From contig NC_068992.1 of assembly GCF_001194135.2 (NCBI RefSeq), positions 44,803,596 through 44,867,595 on the forward strand: a stretch of 64,000 bases of DNA. The letters are read 5' to 3'. This stretch comes from Octopus bimaculoides. Its lineage: Eukaryota. Below, piece after piece: positions 52,761 through 64,000 of the stretch. Below the pieces are notes generated by a model. The model was not told the DNA's origin. It saw only the letters and a list, made by a program, of their open reading frames with translations, and did not search any database. The position numbers and the translations under genes are program-made. Position 1 is the first letter of the stretch; each line of letters opens with the position of its first letter.

Positions 52761-55744
52761 GATACATTACGATAGACATAAATGAGCATGCTCACTATGT
52801 TCTTAAAATCAAATGTTTGGTTTCTTCACAAATCTTAGGCTGATTTACCTTAAGGAAAATAACATTTTATTGTTCTAAAATCACCACAATTGCCATGCCA
52901 TTATGGGTTATTGGTTGCTTCGAAGTAAATTAATCACTGAACACATGTTCAAATTGGCGTTGAGGAAGAGCTGAAAGCAGTTGCATTGATACTGTTTTTG
53001 CACTTTGCTGTGTGTAGGCTTAATATTTAACTAATTGCATCACGGTGAGAACATAACCTTAGACGAAACATTGGAATTGTTCAATCACTTGTTCCTTCAT
53101 TAATGAGAAAACATACGCTGTACAAACAAACTTTAAGCAAATTTTCTTTTTCATGAGTTCCAAAATGAGGTCCTAAATTTCAAGATTTTCATGTACAAAA
53201 TAATTGTTTGACAACAATTCGTTGCAATACATGCTATGGCATATTGTTTCGCTCAACATTTGATGTTTAATTTAGTGTTCATGAGCTCACGCACAACAAA
53301 AATTGTTCGATTTGTTCACATTAATACAAAAAATAGAAATGCAAATACTCTTTTGTCCTTATACAGTTCAACGGAAAAGCGGTTGTCAATATTCAGATAA
53401 TAATGAGCTCAAAATTTGTAGCGGATGGAGTTTTATTGAGAGGTATTTGTTCGTAATATTATGTTAATGCTACTTATAAGATCAACTGTCAGAGCTTTCA
53501 CAAAGAATTTGCATAAAACAAAAAAAACAAAACAAAAAAGAAAAAATTCAAAAGAAATGTTTATCAACTGATAACGATAGTCTAAACTTAGTTTGTAGAA
53601 ATGCAACAAGTCAGAAAACAATAGTTCATATCTGTTTTAGTATAATTAAGTTGATTTATTTTTTTCCCTTCGTTTAACACCTGAATAGCACAAAGTGGAA
53701 TAAGAGTTTAAGACTTCTGCTTAGAATTAATCAGTAATACGGTGGAGTAGAAGAGAAGTGACGAAAATATTACATATGTACTATTAAGGATATTAGAGAA
53801 CTTAACTAAGATTTGCAACGTGTCTGAAATTAAATATAAAAAAATCAATGGTGAAACAGTCACAGATTATTGTCATTTGGAAATTAAATTCCTGGAATTT
53901 AAATCTGGAAAGCATTAATGTGAAACATATTGATTGAGTTCTGAAAGAATACAGAATCGTTATAATCGGAAACACTGTCAAAGCAGTTGACGTTGCATTG
54001 AGTGCGGCACATCAAGTCTGTCACATCAAGTGGAATGTTAATAACTGCTTGATTTCTTCACGTTAAAAAATTGCAAGCAAATTATTATTACTTACTAGAG
54101 AGCTGCCAATTCAATGTCGATGAATCAGAATTTCAAAGATAAGTTCATGCTCTAGAAAGTTCATCAGTTGAAGAATGCAGATAGATCGATTTTCCTCAAC
54201 AAAATTTTCCACCTGATTTGCCAACGTATTCATGTTTAAGATGATTTTCAAAATTAGAGAAGTACATTGAAAGTTTTTCTAATAAATGAAATTTTTCTTG
54301 CTAGTCTTAAAGAATCCTTTAGCAATCTAATTTTACTTCTAACGTACTCCAGCACCTCAGTGATTCAACAAAGGCCTGGCAACTTGGCATTAACAAGAAC
54401 ACCAATGGTGAAAAATTAATTCATGTTTATTCAACACCTAAAGTGTGGAAGTTCCATACATAACGTAATCCTTAGTAGGAAAATATTAGCTGTACAAGAT
54501 CTTGTCAAGTATATGTTGTCAATTAAGAAATATGGTTCTTTCGAAACTGAAAATGTATTTCTCCAGTCTGTTTCATAATCTAGGCAGGATGCAAAAAAAG
54601 TTTTTCTTATACATAGACCTTTTCCAACTCAAGTATATACCAGTCATTTTAGTTTACAATATTACACTCGTTGTAATACTTTAGAAAATATAGAATTAAG
54701 TATGCATGAAAACATTGTTTGTAAAATACGTAAATTCAGCGCATAGGCTATCCTTTATTATCTTCAGTAGTGATTTTTATAATACGATTTAAGTTTAAGT
54801 CTGCTTCAGGTCGAGTGGAAATAATCTTTTTGATTGAACTATTAAATTGACAATAAGTAAAAACCGAAATAGTTTAAGTATTTCAGTGTTAGAAAAGCCA
54901 AATGACGATGAGAACTCTTGCTGCACCAGTACAATTCAGTGAAACCAAAATATGCTTTAAGTTGTTTAAATGCGTTCACAGATGATCAATAATTGAGTTA
55001 TGAACACGGTAAAACAATTTATTCTGAAGGACAATCATTTAACAAGGCATCAATGTATGCTCAAATTGTCAACAAAAAAGATCGTAAAACTATATTAAAC
55101 TTTTAATTAAATATAAGTCAAATTGTATTTTATGTTAAATATCAAGTTTAAAGAATATTCCATTTGTAGATCGAAAAAAATAAAGCAATCAGATAAGATA
55201 AATAAGGAGAAAATGTTTAACATTTAATTTATTAGAGAAAATGTTTAACATTTTATTTACTACAGATAAAAATCTATTTGATGAGGTACTACACAAGGAA
55301 AAGTATCAAATATGCAACTGAAGCTGCATTAAATAAATTTATGTTGAAACAAACCGACAGTTTAATATTTTTAAATATATAGAAGGCACCAATTAATTTA
55401 GTAATTATATAGAAATCTATAAAATTCTATGTACAACAATGTTTACTATTTCATATTACTTTGTTTATATGTGATTTTTATATCACTGTAAACATTTGAA
55501 TCTGAATCGCTTTTGGAACGTGTGTGTGTTTGTGTGTATGTATGCATGCATGTTTGTATGTACTTATATATATTTATATGCATGTATGTGTGTGTGTTTG
55601 TATACAAGTCCAAGGTTTAGCTCAGAACTCGGATTATTCTAGCTAAAGTGCTTCAACAGTATCTGCCTGGATATATCATCCCTATCTATTCATGTTTATA
55701 CATGTACGCACACACACAGGCACACACATACGCATACACACGCG

Positions 55745-55796
<52 letters not shown>

Positions 55797-57029
55797 TTGG
55801 TATCTGTCCCCCACTGGCCCTGCGGCCCCCGCTTCCTAACTTATCAAAAGAAACCAATGTAAGATTCTAATTGAAATCGGGGCAATCACAACAGTCCTTT
55901 CTAATATGAAAGACATCATCATAGAAATCGATTGATAGAAGAGGAGTTAATTTCTCTGAGGAATAATCTATTTGAACAACCTCATAAAGTTCCAATAGCT
56001 GTCACACATCTGACAAATACACAGTTGGTAACTGGTCTATAAACAGCTTTGCTCGAACTGAAGCCGGCAATATGTATATTTAACATTTACAGGTGTTAAT
56101 TAAAAGATGTGCATTATCAGAGTGTCAAAGGAAAACAAATTCAACTCAGCTTGTTTGTTTTATCGAGCAAATAATCTACGGTGAATTTCATAACTACTTG
56201 GACAATGTTTCTTCTTTGTATGTCTTCTAAATGAAATGTTTACAACAGATTAAATGACAGACTTCCATCATACTGTATCCGCTCTTTAGGTAAATTGAAA
56301 CTGTTCATCAAATAAAGACAAATTGAATAAAAACAAATAAAAATATAACTACTTTCCTGAAAATATATATCAAATTACGTGTTAGAACTTCAAAAATCAA
56401 ACGGATACATTTTGAAATGTGAAACTGAAGTCCATATTTTTCAGATGATATCAAGTTCGATAATTTCAGAATGTCAGCACTATTACCCGATTGTGTATTC
56501 TAACAGAGAACGTCATTTTGGAAATATTTCTAATTAACTGTTCCAGTACCTCGGGCAAAGAATAAGGAACAAAAGAATAAACTCATGTGTAAAGAACAAA
56601 AGAATAAATTTAAATGAATTATTAGAATACTGAAATAACTATGCAACATGGTTAATGGGTTGGATGTGGTTTTGATGACGGAGCAAGAACTCCTGGAATA
56701 TGGCATTTACACCCAATACCTAATTATTCATCTTCGATAGCATTGGTGTTCATATTAGACCTACTCGGATACCAAACGTTGTAATAAATCAGTTGTATAA
56801 TTGCTATAGAAAATATATATAGAAATAACCTTAACAAGTGATTTCATAGCACTGCTAACACAGTAAGATACAGTATAGACTTTCAATATTTAATATAATT
56901 TGTTGTATATTATGATTGTATAACAACATACGGTGTCCCTACATTAACAGTTATAATGTTCACTGAGATCCATTCGACGGGATTTTGTTCAGTTTCCATA
57001 TATTAGGTTTCATACAGAATTCTAAAGCA

Positions 57030-57300
57030 ATGTTCTGGTGGGATACATTTGCTCAACTCATCGTAATAAACAGAGTCAATTTCGAACGCAGGTGATTGAC
57101 ATTATTTTGTTTTATATAAGCGATGGTGTAAATAAGTAAGTTGCAACTGGAGGATCTCGAATAGATTAAGGGGATAATATAAAGTTTCTGGAACACAAGA
57201 TCAAAAATCAAGTAAAGACAGGTGAATGAGAAAGAGTTAAAAGTTGCAGAAAATGTCAAAATGAGAAGCAGTAGTGCAAAACCAGGATGCTGTTATTTAA
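57030..57300 (+). mobile_element. Decayed RTE-like RT fragment
   Basis: Frame IKGII*SFWNTRSKIK...KMRSSAKPGCCYL resembles LI.SLY.NT.SKIR...GVRQGC.LSP. Confidence 0.35.
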
Positions 57301-57919
57301 ATATATTTTTGTAATTCTTATTAATCATTTCATATAAAAAAAAAAAAGAAAGACAATGATTTTTCTTTTAATTCATTCCCAAGTATATTCAGTGATTCTG
57401 AATTCTTATTGTCTACTCAAATATTTAAATGAATATATTCAACAAAGTTAACCGCTAAAATGTCGTTAACAAGGAAAGAATTTATTAATCACCATTCTTG
57501 CGAATCGCGTCTAGTTTGCTTCAGTCCATATATTGAAAATGAGCATTACTATAAAAATTCAAATACAACGAAGCGCCAGTGGCAAGATTGTATTACCTGA
57601 CTGACGCACTCTGCTTCGGGCTCATATAAGAAACGGAATATAAATAGAAGGCGTAACATCAATTATTTAAAGTCATGTTATGGATCTGGTAAAACTCTAA
57701 GGTGTCGCACTGGCATTCAAATCATGGTTTGCAATTACGTATAACTGTACACATCAGTAAGCTAATAAATCCCCTTGCATGGGTTTACTCCAGTCTAGAG
57801 GAGTGGTCATCTGCGTATTTGTGTATTGCCATTTTATAATTGCATGTGATTAGTTCAATATTTCGATATCATTTGTAATTATATTTATTTTATTTATAAT
57901 ATCTTAATTTTATAAATAA

Positions 57920-58090
57920 TTTGCATATATAAGTTCATATTAACCGACCTGATCTCTGGATGTTTCTGGATGTTTCTGGATGTATACAATTGCCAGTTTC
58001 CAAAGACTGTGTCCCTCATTATAAATATATAGTCTGGCAGAGAAATACCAATTCTCCAGCTATAGATATCTAACTGATTGAATACCATTT
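57920..58090 (-). mobile_element. Decayed LINE RT N-terminal fragment
   Basis: Minus frame NGIQS...LYIYNEGHSLWKLAIVYIQK...DQVG*YELI resembles DGI...LFN.I..EG..P..WK.A.I.PI.K...D..NYRPI. Confidence 0.4.
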
Positions 58091-59741
58091 AGAACAAACT
58101 CCTTCGACTGTTTTAATATGTATCTACTGCAGACATCAACATTTATAAATCGATAAATAACTACTCGGATACAATATTTCATTTAATGTTATCAAATATC
58201 CTTACACTATCTGTTAATTAATGTGTCATATTTCTCACTCTTCTGTGTGTTATGGTTGACATCTGCTGGCTCTCTTTAATCGACTAACATTATGAATGTA
58301 ATAAAGAGCTTAGTATTTTCTTAGTGCGCACTTGTAAGCCACGCAGTATTACTGGATTGAAGGTTATGGCAAATGGCCTCTTGTTCATGCGAGGCTAAAC
58401 GGCAACAACAACGTTATATAACAGGGTGGTTTTTTCATTAAGACATTGCATAGCTAATAGACCTACATTTTACACCGTAAGTTTCCTATGGCATCATTGC
58501 TCTCTTTCTTTTCACTCTAAACGCTCAAAGTAAAAACAGCCATTTCTAGACCCTTTTTGGTAACTTCACATATTCTAATTTAAATTGGGTTCTAAAGGTT
58601 TAGAGATCATTACTCGTACTAGTAAAATAAATGTTTCTTGTGTTTCAAACACGATTTTAATATTTAGTCATGTATAACATGTATCGAGCTGAGCTGGAAC
58701 AATATATTAATATAGCTTGTATGTGTATATTACAGTATTAAGAATGAACTCTTTTAAGCATCCATATCAAGTGTGCTAACGTAAGACTAAAGCCACACAA
58801 CATATTGACGACTAGATTTGCCTGTCCATGTTTGTTAGTACACCCACATTGCATTCAGTTACTAAAATATTTAATTTCTGTAATTTTGTTATCACCAATG
58901 TTAATCAAAATTTACAATTACAGAATAAATAAACTATTCCAGCATTTTAGGAGTTACTTATGACAATTAAACATAATGCACTAAATGCTTTCCTTTTTAT
59001 CTAATAACGTACTAAATTATTCAGGACATAAAACTAATTTGCTATCCTATCAATTAGTTGTCCAGTGCATTACTCGATACAGTTAAAATGGGAAACGGAA
59101 AAGCTATGAATTACTGAGAATTTAAATTTAACTCGATGAGATATCTTCAATATATTTTAAAATGTGTTGAGGTATCAGTATTCAAGAATTGCCACTTTGG
59201 ATATCGCTAAATTGTATAATTGAAATTGAAGATTGTAGCAGCAACTTCATAAGAAAAAAAAAAAAAAGAAATGAAGAAAATTTCTAAATGATAAGCATAT
59301 TTTAGGTTGGAAAAAGTATCAAATTGCAATGCAAAATAGAAAACCATCAAGAAAATTCTCAAATGCTAAAAGTGAGGAATATTCTCTACAGTCATAGAGG
59401 TAATGGCAAACCTTCGAACATTTAACATATAAGCGGCCTTTAATAGTTGTGGTTCTCTCACTGTATTCGTATCACATTAACACGTATGAACCTTTAAGTA
59501 CAATGCAGGAAATTAAACATGTAAAGCAGAAACATTTACAATGTGTAAGATTTCGTCGCGGTATCCGTAATTACGGAGAGGTAGGTCCAGTAACACACAT
59601 CTTGTAATTTGAAACGTAACATGAAATGATAAACTAACGTTGATGAAATATTAGAAGCCCTACTTCAAATATATTATGGAATATACAGGAACACAAATAA
59701 ATACATTCCTCTTAGCGCGGGTTAATATATGTTTCAAACTA

Positions 59742-60395
59742 AACGTTGATGTTCTTTTACAACAAATTATGCTGCAGTAGATATCATGACAGAAACTCTC
59801 ATATTGGCTTTTGGTGCGCAATGCACTCTTGTTTATATCGCTAGCGGGTGGAAAAATCCCTGACATCTCTGGCGCCAAGACCACTAAATCACGAAATTTG
59901 GCTCTTCCTTGGTTTTGACAATGACGGACGCTTGACCATTAGAGATAGCAGAGGCTAATTCCAGCAAACTGCTAGCGATATATGGGAAAACTGCCAGAAC
60001 AAAACTACCAATACTAATGACGGTATTAGCCATTGGGCTTGTTAAAAAGTGTATATAAATAATAGGCGCAGAATTAACACCAAGAGGTAATATTTATCCC
60101 ACTTTAACGTCGATGTTCTGTTATAATAAATTATACAGCGTAAGATACCGTCAAATATACATATATCGCAAGCGGAGACATAATTCCCGCCATCTCCAGG
60201 GCCGAGAGCTTTAGGCCACGTGATTTCGACCTTTTTTGCCTCTTCTGGAACTATTTTTCTATATGTCGTTGGTGTGGGGATGAGTCTCCGCTAACTCTAG
60301 CGGTCGAGGTCCATTATTGAGAAGTCAATACGAGAATTTCTCTTATGGTATCTATTACAGTACAGTTTGTTTTAAGAGAACGCCCACGCTATTAA
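59742..60395. mobile_element. Foldback MITE (60104-60395) plus an upstream solo arm (59742-59904)
   Basis: Three related segments: 59742-59904 (+), 60106-60231 (+, internally deleted) and 60276-60389 (-); roughly 75% identical by eye over a 70-bp block. Confidence 0.65.
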
Positions 60396-60619
60396 AATTG
60401 CTCCTGTCGCATTTTGTTTTAGCATTTTGGCTAAAACAAAAGCACCTACATATACGTTTACAAAGTCACACACACATACGCACGCACATGGATATGTGTG
60501 TTTATGTGTATGTGTATATCCATGCATATAAGTGTGAAAACTAATGAACTAATGCTGAGACACCCTATGGATATATTTGCAAATATATAATTATGTATAT
60601 GTACGTGGCTTTGTGTATA

Positions 60620-60797
60620 TTTGTGTCCCCACTATAGCTTCACAACTGATATATAGCGGTTCGGCAACAGAGAGACCGAAGGAATAAGTACCAGGTTTTA
60701 AAAAGTAAGCGCTGGAGTTGATTCGTTCGAGTAATTTTTTAAGTCGGCAATTCAGCTTGGCTGCAGTCTAATGACTGAAACAAGTAAAAGATAAAAA
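60620..60797 (+). mobile_element. tRNA-derived SINE, family B 3' part
   Basis: TAGCGGTTCGGCAACAGAGAGACCGAAGGAATAAGTACCAGG...AATGACTGAAACAAGTAAAAGATAAAA. Confidence 0.8.
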
Positions 60798-62378
60798 GAT
60801 GTATATTACCAAGTTAAGGGTGAAATTGGGTGATATTTTACTACTGATTGTATCAGGCAATGTAACTATGAGAAGATTCCCTTTTCCAATATTTTCGCTA
60901 CGTTTTGAATGTAGTTGTGGCCATCATTGTTTGCTATCATCCCCGCACATCGTTTTCTGCTTGAAATACTATAAACCAGCTCTAATTACAATTCTTTGTT
61001 TCCTAGCAACCCCAAGAAAAGATGGTGAAATCACTCTTGTGCGGACTGGATCCTGGGTGAATCAGAAAAACTTTTATAGTTTTCTTTCCATAATACTCAT
61101 TAATTATTTTAATCGTTTTTCATAATAATATTAATAAAACATTCCATTTCTATTTTTTCTATAATTATTGTGTATGTTGTTTGTCACTATGGTAATAGAA
61201 CAGTGTAACGTCAATCTGACAACCGGGTTTTGTTATACTGAAGCAAAATTTAAAAAATGCACTAAATATTGTATGCAGCTGTGTTGGAGGACGTAGCAAG
61301 GAAATAAAATAAAATGGAGAATGGGAAAAAAGAACACAAAAATATGAGTGAGATATGGAAAAATATTTACCCATGTATCAAAGTGAAGTTAAGTGAATCA
61401 ATTTATCTCTTCAGGAAATTATAATAAATTGCTGAAAATGAATTAAAAAAGAAATGAAGCATCATATCTAACTAGAGTTGAATAGGTTTCTACATTGACA
61501 AATTGTAGCATGGTGAGAAAAATATGCTTTAATAAAGTAGCAGAGACGGAAAAATACACATACACACATACACATACACATACAACACATTAATATTCTT
61601 CACACACTTTCACGTATACACTGACACACCCACATATGCATGCATGCACGCACATAAACGCATAGCTGTTAGTGGGTATATGTGTGTGCCTCTTTGCATC
61701 TATAGATTTTAAATAAATCTCATAAACGAGTACTTATTATAGACACAAAATTAAGGGTTACTGTGAAATTTTAAAAAGGGTTACAACACAGGTACTTCTT
61801 TCGGTGGACTAAAAGGTTTGAAGATGCAATTTAAAGATGTTTATTGACTTGACCGGTTTAAATTTTTTAAAAACAGATTCTCAATTGTAAAAGGTAAAGC
61901 TTTGGATAAGATTTGTGTTAAGTACTGGTTATTACAAAAGTATTAAAATACATGTATACATTCTTTGATAATAATAAGTGGATGATAAAAACAGTTTACA
62001 AGAAAGTATTTAAGAAAGTGTTCAGAACGGGACTACAAAAAGTATTATGAGTTCAGTGAAAATCATATTTGTTTGGTAGTATATATATACACACAAAAGG
62101 AGATATCTTTAAGAATTTACAAAAAATTGGTGAGAGATAACTCAAACACTTGTGCTTCCAAAAATGTTATAACTTGCTCAGGTTGTGGACATAACTATAT
62201 AGGACAAACAAGTGGACACTGAGACGGAGAACCACATTTTTTTTACTTGTTGAATCATTCCTTCATAAACTTCTCCACAGCCAACATGGACTAAAATCTT
62301 CTTAAGAAAATGAAAAATTACAATACTTTCAATGTCATGATTAGCGAAAGCGAAACCGGTCGACAAACACATTATAAA

Positions 62379-62380
<2 letters not shown>

Positions 62381-62446
<66 letters not shown>
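62381..62446. repeat. (AC)n microsatellite
   Basis: Seen directly. Confidence 0.98.
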
Positions 62447-62455
<9 letters not shown>

Positions 62456-62597
62456 AGAACATATATATATAAGAACATATATATTACTATCTATGTGTGA
62501 TGAATAAAATGCCAGAGATTACTTAATAATAATCAGCAAGCTGTAAACTAAATGATACAACGCTTATAATCTCTGTTAACACTCGGAGATTAAGCAT

Positions 62598-62790
62598 GCG
62601 TGTGAGTTGGCAGAATCCTTAGCACACCGGGGAAAATGATTATTGACCCCCGAACGGGATGAAAGACTTCTCATTTCATCCCTTTCGTTGTCGATAAAAT
62701 ATGTATCAGTTGAATATTGACGGTCATTGTAATCGACTTACACTTCACCAGAAATTACTGGCCTTGTGCCAAAATTTGAAACCAATATTC
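62598..62790 (+). mobile_element. tRNA-derived SINE, family A with an internal inverted duplication
   Basis: Head GTGAGTTGGCAGAATCCTTAGCACACCGGGGAAAATG; tail GGCCTTGTGCCAAAATTTGAAACCAAT; inverted arms at 62640-62664 and 62674-62697. Confidence 0.8.
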
Positions 62791-64000
62791 AGACATAAAT
62801 TTCGAGTCACAAATTCGAATACTGTCCGTAATATTTCAGGCCCATAATTTACCTCATGCTAATTAGTTGCAGTGTTTGCTGCATATATAAGCTATAAAAT
62901 GTCTGTAAGTGATCCAGGAATAGAGCGCTAAAGGTAAAATTTATTTTGGTGTGATTTGACCAAACATGTTTACGTGTTAGTGTTAAATATTGCAACACGC
63001 GTCACAAATTTATTAAATCAACTCATCTCCTTTACACTTTCCCATCCTTCATTGTATTCTGTGTTTATATTTGATCCCCATCACACACACACACACACAC
63101 AAACCATAAAAACTCGGCAACATATCATTACTAAATTTAACATTACTATAACTTCAGCAGAGTGTAAAGATGGCAATAGATTTTTCACCAGAGAACCATA
63201 GATTCTTCAAGAAATTTTAGCTGATAATATGCACATCGTTTTCATTGTCTCATTATTTCAACATATATGAATTAAGTGAAACAAAATTATAAATCAAAAA
63301 GTGAAAAAAAAAACATGCATATGTCAGCTTTAATTAAACTTCAAAGACAGAAAGTTTGGTTGTAAAAACAATATACTTGTTTCAAATCCAGCTCCCTCAA
63401 ATATCGATCCATTCTTATTTGCATAATCTTCAGATTAATTAACTGATGTTTTATAAAATATTTACTAATTATGCTGTTTGTAGTATAAAACAATCGACTT
63501 ACATTAAATTTTATTACAGTTCATTAACGTTGTTTCTTTCATCGGCGATACAGATTCCAACAGATGGAATGGATATGTTCCATCAAACACAACAATGGTC
63601 ATTAATTCCTTAATCAACAACATCACTATAGTTTATGCTTTAATTTATAATTATAATATTACTAATATAAATATTTTGTTTTATGTCGTGTACCTTGTTG
63701 AATAAAGACTCGGTAAATCTGTTTCTTTGATCATATAAATATAGCTCATTATGCTATCTTTAGTTTTATACATGTTGAATATTCCATTTTCCTTGATTCT
63801 ATTAAAGATAAATTGTTCGGCAGGAACTTTAGGAAAATCAAATTCTATTCCATGGTGATAAGGTTTTTACGAAATTGAATAGCATGTGTAATGTCTACAA
63901 TTTTCTCTGAATTTGTTTAAAATTTTCAAAACTGGATTATAATTATATACCAATGTTTTGAAAAATATTGATTGAAAGTAAAAAGAACATGACTAGTAGG

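Noticed and set aside
53031-53057. Short segment near here with a strong acceptor and ACG|gtgaga donor
   Set aside because: Stops in all three frames; no support for a non-coding exon without RNA data.
55207-55262. 28-bp AT-rich tandem duplication; similar small duplications at 57955-57982 and 62451-62484
   Set aside because: Ordinary slippage products with no further structure.

Overview
AT-rich eukaryotic non-coding DNA from a short-read scaffold. It has 12 N-gaps (about 3.9 kb in total), nearly all flanked by microsatellites. The SINE families and very dense (AT)n/(GT)n/(GATA)n/(CATA)n tracts resemble octopus genomic DNA; this is inference from recalled repeat families, not a search. No protein-coding gene could be recognised, and almost every long ORF in the track is a microsatellite or N-gap artefact. 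What can be supported is a graveyard of transposons: four tRNA-derived SINE families, decayed RTE and CR1/L2-like LINE fragments, an R4/Dong-like 3' end in a (TAA)n tract, two Penelope-like RT fragments, mariner and maT (DD37D) transposase remnants, a Helitron-like element and several palindromic MITEs. The most interesting item is a tRNA-headed SINE (34117-34394) whose 3' half contains a minimal type I hammerhead ribozyme motif of the kind found in Penelope-like elements; it is nested in another SINE with a 13-bp target duplication. Second is a Penelope-like RT fragment with a twin-priming-type 5' inversion (20176-20551). All family assignments come from by-eye motif recognition and most coordinates are approximate.
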